A stretch of DNA of 64,000 nt from Candidatus Eremiobacteria bacterium (lineage in GTDB: Bacteria > Vulcanimicrobiota > Vulcanimicrobiia > Vulcanimicrobiales > Vulcanimicrobiaceae). The notes under the pieces are model-generated. The model saw only the letters and a list, made by a program, of their open reading frames with translations, was not told the origin of the DNA and did no database searches. The stretch lies in contig CAVWUU010000001.1 in the NCBI GenBank assembly GCA_963758295.1, positions 544,001 to 608,000 on the forward strand, in the 5' to 3' direction. The position numbers were made by a program, and so were the translations under genes. Positions 1 through 9,974 of this stretch are shown here, one piece after another. Each line of letters starts with the position of its first letter. Position 1 is the first letter of the stretch.

Positions 1-45
1 CCGAGCAATCCGTTTCTCGTGTACACATCCGCGAGGAGGTCCACG

Positions 46-675
46 GTGATAAAAGGATTATTTGCGGCGATTGCGCTCGTCGCGGTGACCGCAACGGCGG
101 CTTCGGCGCAATCGTACCCCGGACAGTATAACGGTCAATACGGAAACGTCGGCTATCAGCAACAGCGGCAAGGTGTGATCGCTTCCTTCAACGCGTTCGA
201 TCTTTACCTGCGAGGCGGCGGAGCGAATCAATACGTCCGGCTGCACGAGGGAACGATCATTAATCCGCGCGGCACGACGTTGGAAAGCGGAATGCCGGTT
301 CGCGTAATCGGGTACATCGACGGCAGCGGAACGTTTCAAGCGAGCGAAATCGACGTCGTGAATTCGCAATACGGCAACTACGGCGGTTACGGAAACTACG
401 GCGGCTACGGGAATACCGGCTACGGCAACTCCGGCTATGCCAATTGCGGCTCGAACGGCGGGTATTACGGCCAAGGCCAATACGGGACCGGGTACTACAA
501 CAACGGAAACGCTAACCGGTACGGCAATGGTTACGGCAATTGCCGAAACGGCAATCATCGTTATCGCAACCGGCGCGATCGCGATCGTGACGGCGACAAC
601 GACGACCGCAACAACGATAATCGCAACAACAACGGCTATCCGCGGCCGTACCCCACCTACCCGCCCCGGGGCTAA
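46..675 (+). CDS. Secreted protein with small beta-rich (DUF5666/OB-fold-like) domain and Gly/Tyr/Asn-rich low-complexity tail
   Basis: AGGAGG at 34-39 then in-frame GTG at 46; signal peptide (IKGLFAAIALVAVTATAASA-Q); core LHEGTIINPRG..L..G..V.V.G; YGNYGG repeats. Confidence 0.75.
   Translation: MIKGLFAAIALVAVTATAASAQSYPGQYNGQYGNVGYQQQRQGVIASFNAFDLYLRGGGANQYVRLHEGTIINPRGTTLESGMPVRVIGYIDGSGTFQASEIDVVNSQYGNYGGYGNYGGYGNTGYGNSGYANCGSNGGYYGQGQYGTGYYNNGNANRYGNGYGNCRNGNHRYRNRRDRDRDGDNDDRNNDNRNNNGYPRPYPTYPPRG
370..438 (+). repeat. Imperfect coding tandem repeat (YGNYGG/YGNTG/YGNSG)
   Basis: tacggcaactacggcggt / tacggaaactacggcggc (18-nt unit twice, 370-405) followed by degenerate copies. Confidence 0.7.
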
Positions 676-878
676 CTAGCGAAGACGCGCCCCGCGTCGA
701 ACGCCGTTCCGCGACGGGAACGCTCATGCGCCGGGCCGTGCTTTGATTCACGACCCGGTTGCGCCGTCGGCAGGGCCATGTACCGTGCAGTTCAGCGATC
801 AATGCGGTGCAACGGCTGACGCGGATAGCCGCGAGCCGCCTTGCGCACGAATTACCCGGACGACCCGTGGAGGGAGTC

Positions 879-1280
879 ATGAACGTTCCGCCCGAGATCA
901 CGGTTCGCACGAGCGCGCATTCGTACGAAAAAACGGTGGAAGACACCCGTTCCGTATTGAGCGCCGTTGGTCAAACCATCTTCGCGGAGATCGATCAAGG
1001 CGCCGCCGCGGCGTCGGTAGGACTAGAGATGCGTCCGACCACGTTGTTCGTTTTCGGCAATCCGCGCGCCGGGACGCCGTTGATGCAAGAAGCGCCGCTC
1101 ATCGGTCTCGATCTTCCGCTCAAACTGCTAGTCTGGCGTGAAGACTCCGGCGAAACAAAGATCGCTTACCGGAACGTGATGCCGCTGGGGGCGGTGTACG
1201 GCGCAAACGGCTCAGGCGAGCGCCTCGCGCAAATCGATAAAGCCTTAGCGACCTTCCTCGACAAAATCGTCACGCCTTAG
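879..1280 (+). CDS. DUF302 domain protein
   Basis: GGAGGGAG RBS before ATG 879; motifs IFAEID, FVFGNPRAGTPLMQ, GLDLPLKLLVW. Confidence 0.85.
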   Translation: MNVPPEITVRTSAHSYEKTVEDTRSVLSAVGQTIFAEIDQGAAAASVGLEMRPTTLFVFGNPRAGTPLMQEAPLIGLDLPLKLLVWREDSGETKIAYRNVMPLGAVYGANGSGERLAQIDKALATFLDKIVTP

Positions 1281-1327
1281 TCCTGCCGCTACAGGTAAGC
1301 GGCCGTAGGGCGGCCAAGCGTTTGCGC

Positions 1328-1513
1328 ATGGAACACACGCTCGTGCATTTAGCTGCGACCGCGGCCTGGTTGTTCTTCATCCTCTTCGTCTTTGCCGTGA
1401 TCGGCGTCATCGCGACGATCCGCTGGATCGTTAACATGGCGACGCGCGGCGAACGCGCCGTAGTGAGCGGCGTCGAAGGAGTGGAGCAGCGCATCGTCCA
1501 CCGCGATAGCTAG
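1328..1513 (+). CDS. Small single-TM membrane protein
   Basis: ORF with one strong hydrophobic helix (WLFFILFVFAVIGVIATI); fills the intergenic gap. Confidence 0.65.
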   Translation: MEHTLVHLAATAAWLFFILFVFAVIGVIATIRWIVNMATRGERAVVSGVEGVEQRIVHRDS

Positions 1514-1516
1514 CTC

Positions 1517-2344
1517 TTAAAAAAGGATCGTTTGAAATTCGGCGACCGTGTTGAAACCGGCACGGTCGTAGAGCGCGATTGCGCGCTCGTTGAAGTCGTT
1601 GACGTAGAGCGATAACGACGGCGACATCCCGAGCAAACGCTCGCAGACAGCGCCAAGCGCCGACGTCGCAAGGCCGCGCCCGCGCATTTCCGGCGGCGTC
1701 CAAATGCCTTGGAGTTGCGCGGTTTGCGGGCTCCACGGTCCCACGTTGCAAAAAAAACAGAGGCGGCCGAACGACTCGCCGACCCACCATAAGCCGCGAT
1801 CGATCATCGCGCGCACGTTCGCCGTGAATTCCGGCGACGACCGGCGTGGATCGTATTGCAATTCTTGCGCAATCATCATCGCGGAATTGTCCGCAACTTG
1901 CATCCATTCGTCGATGCGCGCCTTACGGGCGAGCACGCGATGGTGGTACGGTTGAAGATCGCGGGCCGTCAATTCCATGACGTATTGCCGATCCCGGATG
2001 AGACGCGGAGCAGCATGCTCGGGACCGACGCGTTCCCAATAGGCCTTCACGGTTTCGCGCGGCCCGACGATCATGCGCTCACCGTGATGACGGCGGCCAA
2101 CGGCCGCAAAGGTATCGACGGCAGCGTTATCATCGGCTGCCAGTACGACTTGGCGCCCGAAATAGCCGACACCGCGCACGCGGCCCGACGAATCGTACGC
2201 AACGTGAATCGCATCTCGCGTTGCGGGTGCCACGTCGAAAAGAATCAGATACGTGAGGAAAACGTTCTCGACGGGAGCGCGCGCGAGATACGCAAGCGCG
2301 GCACCTTCGTGCTTGCTGGTGAGCCGTTCCGATGTAATCGTCAA
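1517..2344 (-). CDS. GNAT family acetyltransferase (DUF4081/FR47-like)
   Basis: QLQGIWTPPEMRGRGLA acetyl-CoA motif, SLYVNDFNERAIALY..GF; TTG start overlaps the anti-sigma stop (TTGA). Confidence 0.85.
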   Translation of the reverse strand: MTITSERLTSKHEGAALAYLARAPVENVFLTYLILFDVAPATRDAIHVAYDSSGRVRGVGYFGRQVVLAADDNAAVDTFAAVGRRHHGERMIVGPRETVKAYWERVGPEHAAPRLIRDRQYVMELTARDLQPYHHRVLARKARIDEWMQVADNSAMMIAQELQYDPRRSSPEFTANVRAMIDRGLWWVGESFGRLCFFCNVGPWSPQTAQLQGIWTPPEMRGRGLATSALGAVCERLLGMSPSLSLYVNDFNERAIALYDRAGFNTVAEFQTILF

Positions 2345-3127
2345 TCGAGTGTTTGTAAAAGCACGGGTTTGCTGGTCGGCTGTTTGCTGCCGCCGGCCGG
2401 CTCGACGCTTACTGCCACGGCCGAAACGTTGTTCGCGTCTTCCGGCAGCGCGATCACGGCCGCGCCGTGTGCGTCCGGAATGAACGTGACCGACGGCGCC
2501 ATGGTTTTGCTGCCCTTCGGCAGCGTCCAGGCCTGATACACTTTCCCATGTTGCGGCGTCGACATGTCGTGGAGCGTCAGGTAAAGACGCTTGTTCACCC
2601 GGACGATCTGGCCGTCCGCAACGTCGTAGCGGCGGGCTTGATCGCTTGTCAAATCGGCGAGGGCCGTGCGTTCCGACGCTAGATTCGCCGCAAGCGCCGT
2701 GGACCGGTGCTCCACTTGAGAGATTTGCGTCTGTTCGGATTTCAACTGCTGCATCAGCGACAGATTCATGAGCGACGAGTACAGCCCGAACGCCAGGCAC
2801 GCGGCCGCGACGAAATACGGGGGCCATACCAAAGGCCGGGCGCCATTCTTTTTGCGGCCTGTGGAAGCGTTCGACTCGCTGCGCACCTGTTTCATGATGC
2901 GTGCCTTGAGCAGAGGGCTGACCGCCACCGCGCCCGATTCATTATCGGCGCAGGCTTCGGCCGTCATGCCGACCGATGCGGCTGCAGGCGCAAGCGCCTC
3001 GTATTCCGCTTGGCAGGATGGCGCACGTGGCTAGATGGTCGGCAACGCGCCTCGCCTGCGCTGGCGGCAACGCGCCGAGCGCATAGACGGCGACGTCGTC
3101 GAGCATGGTCTCGTGTTGCGCGCTCAC
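2341..3127 (-). CDS. RskA-type anti-sigma factor (one frameshift near 3015, probably sequencing error)
   Basis: N-terminal YALGAL..HLATC..C zinc-binding motif, TM helix, C-terminal YQAW and AVSVEPAGGSKQPT; split across ORFs 2942..3493 and 2341..2967; GTGA overlap with the sigma gene. Confidence 0.85.
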
Positions 3128-3660
3128 GCCGTCACCAGCCCGTCGAGCGAAGATCGGAGTTTGCGCAGCCCGGCGCGAATGCGCGTTTTTATAGTGCCGA
3201 GCGGAATGCCGGTGCGGCGCGCGATCTCTTCGTGTGTTATCCCCGAGAAAAACCCAAGCTCGATCGGTTCGCGTTGCTCCGGCGGCAACGTGTCCAAAGC
3301 GGCGCGTAAACGGTCCGCGTCGATGTGCGCGAACGCTACGTCTTCGATCGTGTCTGTTTCCGGGAGGGATTCGGGCAGCTCGCTCTCGGCGCGTGCCGAG
3401 CGGGCCCGTAACGCATCCAGCGCGCGGTTTCGCGTAACGCGAACGATCCACGCCGCAAAATTTCCGCCGCGAAACAGTTCCGGAGTGCTCCAAACTTTCA
3501 AAAAAACCGCCTGGGTCAAGTCTTCGGCCGCCGACACGTCGTTTAGCATGCGCATAGCTATCCCGTAAACGAGGCGGTGGTACGCGTCGTAGAGTGACTC
3601 GAACGCGTCCGCATCACGAGCGCGCACTCGTGCGATCAATTCTTCGACGTCGCGATCCAC
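3124..3660 (-). CDS. ECF RNA polymerase sigma factor (SigK-like)
   Basis: Region 2 AEDLTQAVFLKVW / WIVRVTRNRALD; region 4 GITHEEIA..GIPLGTIKTRIRAGL; followed by RskA-type anti-sigma. Confidence 0.92.
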   Translation of the reverse strand: MDRDVEELIARVRARDADAFESLYDAYHRLVYGIAMRMLNDVSAAEDLTQAVFLKVWSTPELFRGGNFAAWIVRVTRNRALDALRARSARAESELPESLPETDTIEDVAFAHIDADRLRAALDTLPPEQREPIELGFFSGITHEEIARRTGIPLGTIKTRIRAGLRKLRSSLDGLVTA

Positions 3661-3760
3661 GCATCAATGCTTTCGCTTCCTGGCATATCGAACCTCGATT
3701 TCATAACGCGCAAAGCGCGAGGGCAGATTGTCCAACGTCCGAACGGGAAGAAACCGGGCA

Positions 3761-4504
3761 ATGAAAGAGCTCGTCGACCGGCTGCGCGCGGCTCGCTCGG
3801 TGCTGGTCCTCACGGGATCCGGCATTTCCGCCGAGAGCGGCCTACCTACGTTTCGCGGCACCGGCGGCCTTTGGCGCACGCATCGCGTCGAGGAGCTTGC
3901 TTCCCCCGAGGGTTTTGCGCGCGACCCGCTTCTCGTGTGGACCTGGTACAACGAGCGCAATGCCGTGCATCGGAAAGCGCAGCCGAATGCCGGCCACTAC
4001 GCGCTTTCGCGCATTGGAAGAGCGGATTGCCGACTTTACGTTGGCCACGCAGAACGTCGATTCGTTGCATCTGCGTGCGGGCTCGCGGAACGTGGCGGAG
4101 CTTCACGGCAGCCTTCGCATGGCCCGCTGCACTCGGTGCGGCGAGCGCCGTTCCGCTCGATGCACAGGGTTGCCGTTAGCGGAAATCGAGCACGCCTGCG
4201 GCGGCCGGATGCGCCCCGACATCGTCTGGTTCGGGGAGGCGCTGCCCCAGGAACCGTGGTCGCTGGCGGCCGGCGCCGCTCGCGGGCCGAGGTGATCTTG
4301 GTAGTTGGAACGAGCGCCGTCGTCTACCCTGCGGCTGCATTGGCGACCCACTATTCCCTCAACGCGTACGTAGCGGAGATCAACCCCGAAGCGACCGCCC
4401 TAAGCGAGCGAGCCCGCTGCACTATCCGTGCGACGGCTGCGACCGCGTTGCCCGCAGTTGCTCGATCGTCTTTAAGACCGAGCCGGAGCTATGGCGGAAG
4501 TTGA
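3761..4504 (+). CDS. cobB: NAD-dependent protein deacylase (sirtuin), two apparent frameshifts (~4010, ~4285)
   Basis: TGSGISAESGLPTFRG, PNAGH, TQNVDSLH, ELHGS, Zn CxxC, MRPDIVWFGE, GTSAVVYPAA, EINPE. Confidence 0.9.
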   Translation: MKELVDRLRAARSVLVLTGSGISAESGLPTFRGTGGLWRTHRVEELASPEGFARDPLLVWTWYNERNAVHRKAQPNAGHYALSRIGRADCRLYVGHAERRFVASACGLAERGGASRQPSHGPLHSVRRAPFRSMHRVAVSGNRARLRRPDAPRHRLVRGGAAPGTVVAGGRRRSRAEVILVVGTSAVVYPAAALATHYSLNAYVAEINPEATALSERARCTIRATAATALPAVARSSLRPSRSYGGS

Positions 4505-4535
4505 ACCGGGGGACCTTGATCGTCTTCGTAGAGCC

Positions 4536-5537
4536 CTAGATCGGCGGGGGCGCCGGGAAGGCCGGCGTGTCGTCGTCAAAGCGTGAGAATCCGCTGGTTT
4601 CGGGGGACGGAAGCCCGGTGACGCGCTCGTCGATGAGCGGCGCTGCTTCCGGCGCGATGTATGCGTCCGGCTCGACCGCCGGCGAGGCTTCCGGGACTCC
4701 CGCGTAAACCGTCGTTTGTTTGAACGCGCGTTGCGGCGGCATGGTCAACAGGTCGCGATCGTTCGCGCGGCGCGAAAGGCCGCGAATGATGAAGGCGTTC
4801 TGCAAGCGTCGCAGCCCTCGCAAAGGCAGCGACGAAGTCGGGACGGCGGCGAAGAGATCGCGAACCGCGCCGTACGTCGACTCCGACGCAACTATTGAGG
4901 CGTTCAACTCCTCGGACGCGGCTTCCAGGCGTGCAGCAACGTGCGCTGGATTGCCGATGATCGCAAATTCCCTCCGGTCGCGAAAGCCGGCGTCGCCGGC
5001 GACGATCTTGCCGGAATTCACGCCCATGCCGATTTCGATCGCTTTACGGCCTTGCGCCGCCCAACGTGCTTCCATCGCCTTGGTGATGCGCATGATATCG
5101 AGTGCGGCGCGCAGGGCGCGTTCTTCCTGGAACTGCTCCTCGACTAGAACCCCGAACACCGCGGTCACGGTATCGCCGCGAAGGCTTTCGATCATCCCGC
5201 GATGGCGTTGTACCGCCTGGCCGGCGATCGTATAGAATTCGTTAAGGTATCTAAGCGTTTCTTCGGGCGTCAGCGATTCGGAAAACAGCGCGAAATTTCG
5301 AATGCGCGCCGACAAGATCGTCGCATAGTACTCGCGCGCTTCGAAAAGGCGGCCGTCCTTGCGCTTGAGCAGCTCCTCCACGACCGGCGCGGGTACGTAG
5401 CGCGAGAAAAGCGAGACGGCGCGCTGATGCTCCACCCGCTCCGAAACGTAACGTTTGAAGAAAATCCGCGCGTAGATCGCCGCTCCGGCGCCTGCGCCGA
5501 GAGCGAGGACGAAAAGCATCGGCCATCGTCGCGCCAT
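4536..5537 (-). CDS. Membrane-anchored class III adenylate/guanylate cyclase-like protein with degenerate active site
   Basis: N-terminal TM; FSRYVP; GDTVTAVFG; GMGVNSG.IVAG; AARLE. Confidence 0.85.
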   Translation of the reverse strand: MARRWPMLFVLALGAGAGAAIYARIFFKRYVSERVEHQRAVSLFSRYVPAPVVEELLKRKDGRLFEAREYYATILSARIRNFALFSESLTPEETLRYLNEFYTIAGQAVQRHRGMIESLRGDTVTAVFGVLVEEQFQEERALRAALDIMRITKAMEARWAAQGRKAIEIGMGVNSGKIVAGDAGFRDRREFAIIGNPAHVAARLEAASEELNASIVASESTYGAVRDLFAAVPTSSLPLRGLRRLQNAFIIRGLSRRANDRDLLTMPPQRAFKQTTVYAGVPEASPAVEPDAYIAPEAAPLIDERVTGLPSPETSGFSRFDDDTPAFPAPPPI

Positions 5538-5644
5538 AGTTCCCGAGGCGAAGGCGTTCCTCCCGTCGTAAGCCCAGCGTTTACGGACGTTCCGGCCTTT
5601 CCCGGCTATGCCGACGAAGACGCCGAAAGCTCTCGGACGAGTAC

Positions 5645-5899
5645 GTGAGGGCGTGCCTCGGCGAAGCGCTGGTTCCGCTGCGAGAGAGGATCGATCCCGC
5701 GTCCTCAGAGTTGCTCGAGAAGTTGATTTTCCGCTGCGATTTCGTGAATCAGGTGGCGTTCAAATCGTACGAACATGCCGAAGTTTCGCAAGAACAAATC
5801 GACGCCGTTTCCGGCTTCGATCAACGATTGATGCGGCTTTCGACGAGCCCGTACGCTTGGATCGCCGCAAATCCGACGGTATTTGGGCGCCGTGAATGA
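5645..5899 (+). CDS. Small hypothetical protein (true start may be ATG 5608 with an indel)
   Basis: Protein-like composition; stop overlaps the next ATG (ATGA at 5896-5899). Confidence 0.5.
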   Translation: MRACLGEALVPLRERIDPASSELLEKLIFRCDFVNQVAFKSYEHAEVSQEQIDAVSGFDQRLMRLSTSPYAWIAANPTVFGRRE

Positions 5900-7933
5900 C
5901 GCAATGGATGCTCGCGACCGCGCGATGCAAGCGGCCGGAACACCGAAAAGCGGCTGACGGCAACTCATGGTTGGTGCCGTTTTTGCGTCGGCTGCGCCTG
6001 CACGTCTCTCCGCGCCCGGCTTCGGTCGTATCGGTGCGCTGCCCGGGTACGTCCATTGCGGTTCCCCGAACGGTGGATCGCGCCGCGGATCCGGGCGGTG
6101 TTGAGGGAAATCAACGAGCGATGGAGCACGCTCGGAGCGGGGGTTCCGCGAGCCGCAGGCGCGCCGCAAGTCCGGCTTCGTAAGAATGCGTCGCTCGGCG
6201 CGCAGGCCTATCGTTTAAACGTCGACGCATCCGGTGCCGTCATTGAAAGCTCCGCGCGGCGGGTGAATTTTACGGGTTGACTGACGCTTGCGCAGTTGGC
6301 GGTCCGCGACGGTTCAGGGATGGCGCTTGCCGTGCGTGCGGATCGCGGATTCGCCCGCTTTACCGTGGCGCGTATTTCGTGACGACGTTTCGCGCGGCCC
6401 GCTGCCGACGATGCGCTATTTCAAGGAGCGCATTCGCACGATCGCGGCGTTCAAAATGAACGGCTATTCGCCGTACATGGAGCACGTTTTCGTCAGCCGA
6501 CCGATCCGCTTCCGGCGCCGCTCGACGGCATCACGCCGGCAACAGTTGCGCGAACTTCGCGCGATACGCGCGCGCGCTTTCACGTCGCGCTGATTCCCGA
6601 GCAGCAGACGTTCGCGCACATGCACGGCACGCTGCGCGTCGAACGATATGCGCCGCTGCGGAATTGCCGCACGGATTTCTGCTGTCGCCGAACTCGCCCG
6701 CTCGCATGGCATATCTGGCTCGCGTCATCGCGCAAGAACTGCAGGCCGTTCCGCATCCGCCGTTTTTCCACATCGGCTCGGACGAAACGGCAACGCTCGG
6801 CGAAGGGCGCACGACCGGCAATACGTGGCGCAAAACGGCGGCCGTTCGCGACGTCTATGCGCGACCACATCATCGCGATGAGCACGCTTATCGCACCGTC
6901 GGGCGCGCGCATAATGGTCTGGGACGACGGGATCGAAGCGACCCCACGATCATGCGGCTGCATTCCGCGGAACGCCGTCGTCGTGAATTGGCACTACGGC
7001 AGCGAACGACGTTACGCGCCGTACATCGAGCGCATCGCGTCGCGGCGGTTTCGATCAGATGGTCGCGCCGGGCGCTGACAACTGGAACGAGATCTTTCCC
7101 GACGTCGACGACCGCCATTCCGAACGAGCGACGCTTCATCGACGCAAGGCAAGAGCGCACGGCGTTCTGGGACTGTTCCAAACGGTCTGGCACGACGACG
7201 GCGAAACGCTGTTCGAGGCGACGTGGTACCCGGTGCTGTATGCGGCGGCGCGCTGCGTGGCAGAGCACGGCGACGTCGATCCCGAGCGCGTTCGCGTGCG
7301 GATTTCCCGGCCGCGTTTTTCGGCGTCGACGATGCGCGCTACGCGCGACGACTTGCGCGATCTCGCGGACGCGAGCGCGAGCGCTTGCGGACGGCTTCGA
7401 CGGACACGCTGCTTCTGGGCCGATCCGTTCGATCCGCTCGACGCGGCTCGCGCATGCAAGACGCCGATCTCGCGACGGATTGCGCTTGCGACGCCGAAAC
7501 GGTCGAAGCAGCATTTGTCGCGCGCCGGCCGCCGCTGCACGCGAACGCTGCTCCGGTGATGTTTCTGGCGGCGCGCCGCTACGATGCGCTCGGCCGGCAG
7601 ATTTCAGATCGCCGCGCGAAGTGCGAGCTATTACGCCGACGCACTCGCGCACCCGGATCCGGACGGCGTGCGCGACCTGTTCTGGTGCAAGTACTGGTTC
7701 TGGGAGCATGCGCGATAGCGACGAGGAGCTCGCGCCGCTCTACGCAGCGCGCGTGGCGATACGAAAATCGCGAAGGTCATCTTGCACAGCAACCTGGAGC
7801 GCTACCATCTGGCCGCGCAGCTGAGCGATCCGCGTGCGGACGCGGTCGATCGCGCGACGTACGACGATTACGTTGCGCGACACAATACGCTGCCACCGCT
7901 CGACTCGATCTGCAGACGTGCTGCGCACCGTGA
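5896..7933 (+). CDS. GH20 beta-N-acetylhexosaminidase (many frameshifts)
   Basis: Fragments across frames: AQAYRLNV, IADSPALPWR..DDVSRG, KMNGY..YMEH, IPEQQTFAH, FHIGSDE (catalytic DE), IMVWDD, VNWHY, GLFQTVWHDD. Confidence 0.85.
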
Positions 7934-9974
7934 GCGCCGTCGCTGGTTCTCGTCGTCTTTCTCGCATCTTCGCCGCGCTGATGTACTGCGCGTGGATGCC
8001 GGCGATCCTGGCGGTTCCGCTGATGGCGGTGGTCATGGCGCTGGCCGCGGGCGTCGCCGCTGCGCAGATCGGCGGCATCGTCGTCGACCGGCGCGGCGTC
8101 GCTCGCGCCGTCTACGTCGCGGTCATTTTCGGCGCGCTGCTCGGGCGCGTGACGCTGGATACCGGCATCGCGCGCGCGATCGTCAATCTCGCGGCGGAAT
8201 ACGGCGGCGAGCGGCCGTTCGGCGCTGGCGCTCGTGCTGTGCGCGGTCGTTGCGTTGCTGTTCACGTCGCTCTCCGGACTCGGCGCGGTCATCATGGTCG
8301 GCTCGATCGTGCTGCCGATCATGATGACGACCGGCGTTCCGCGGACGCGTTGCGGCGACGCTGTTCCTCATGGCGTTTGCCCTGGGCTTCATTTTCAACA
8401 TCGTCAACTGGAAGTTTTACACGCAGTTTTTCGGCGTCGCGCCAGCAGCAGATGTAGCGCTATGCGATCGTGCTGGCGGCGATCGATGCGGTCGCGCTGA
8501 TCGTCTATGCGGTCGTCGCGTTTCGGCGCGAGCGCGGCTATGCGACGTGGGCCGTGCGCGCCGAACGCGACGCGGCAGCCGCGGCGTTCCGGCGTCGCGC
8601 TGCTCACGCCGGTATTGCCGCTGGTGCTGTACTACGCGCTGCATGTCGACGCGGCGCTCGCCTTTATCGTCTCGGCGCTCTACGGCGTGCTGGTGACGCG
8701 GCCGCGAAGCGCCGTCCAGACGCTCGTTGCGGCGGCGATTCGCGGCGTCGAAGACGTCGCGCCGGCGGTGCTGCTGTTCATCGGCATCGGCATGCTGCTC
8801 ACCGCGACGAAGGAGCCGCAGTTCGCGCAGCGCTGGCGCCGCTCGTCGCCGGCGGCTGGGTGCGCAATCCGATCGCGTTCGTCGTCGTTTTCGGGCTTGC
8901 TCAGCCCGCTCGTGCTCTATCGCGGACCGCTCAATCCGTTCGGCGTCGGCATCGCCATCTTCACGGTGCTGCTGGCGGCGCACGCGATTGCCGCCGGTGA
9001 TCCTGGTCGCCGCCGTCATGGCGGTCGTGCAAGTGCAGAACGTTTGCGATCCAACCAACACCGCCAACGTGTGGGTCGCCAACTTCACCGGCGTGCCGAT
9101 CGACGAGATCACGCAGCCGTACGCTTGCCCTATCAAGTCGGCCGTCGCGACCGCGGCGACGCATCGTCGTTGCGTCGCGGCGCCGGCGCTTTTCGGCGTG
9201 CGCGCCGTTCGCACGCTGTTCAGCCGCGGCGCGCGCGAGCCGATGCGCTGCCGCGGACTCTATGCGCCGGCATGCGGCCGCGGACCGCATCGGCGTCGGG
9301 AACGACGGCAACGCCGCTCGCGCAGCGGCGCAGCCAGCGAGTCGCTGCGCGCGTTGCTGCGACCACGGCATTCGCGAGCGTTCGACTTCGCGACGATCCC
9401 GAATGCGAGCGACTGCTGCGCGCAAACCGTACGCCGCGTACGTCACGTGATGGCGTCGACGCTTTCAGCTCGAGCGAAGGCACCGACTTAGACGTCGGTC
9501 TGCGGCTCGAAGATTGCGGCGGCTGGATCGTCGGCGAATGGCACGATCACGCGATCGTTGCCGCAAGCGCCTGCCGCGGCGACGCGCGCGGCGCTCGGCG
9601 CGCGCAGGGCGTCGCGCGCGTGCTCGCAGTGGGCGCGCAGCGAACCCGAGCGCAGCGCACAACTTGCTCGCAACGCGGTCTTGCGACGCCGCCGGCGATC
9701 CGCCGACGTACTATTACACGCTGTTCAAAACGGTCGACGGCAACATGCGCGTCGTACGTGCGCGCCGGCGGCCCGGCATACGACGCGGGCTTGCGCACCG
9801 GCGACATCGTGAACAAGCTGGACGGAAAGTATTGGTGGGAGTACGGCACGTATCAAACGCAGTCGCGCGCGTACGACGGCCAGCCGCACGCGTTCGAAAT
9901 CGAACGCGGCGGCACAGACCGATCGACATGCAACTCGGAGCACCGTTCGACCCCAGCGAAGGACAGTCGCATGA
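7930..9974 (+). CDS. Multi-TM ion-transporter-superfamily-like ('citrate transporter'-like) permease, apparently fused to a C-terminal soluble region with a PDZ domain (many frameshifts)
   Basis: Fragments PAILAVPLMA, TGIARAIVNLAAEYGGERP, LFTSLSGLGAVIMVGSIVLPIM, EDVAPAVLLFIGIGML, LYRGPLNPFG, CDPTNTANVWVA; downstream YVRAGGPAYDAGLRTGDIVNKLDG; GTGA overlap with GH20 stop; end approximate. Confidence 0.7.

Noticed and set aside
3761..4504. Sirtuin as an anti-phage SIR2 effector (Thoeris/DSR)
   Set aside because: It has the Zn-binding CobB-type deacylase motifs and no TIR, Argonaute or HerA partner.
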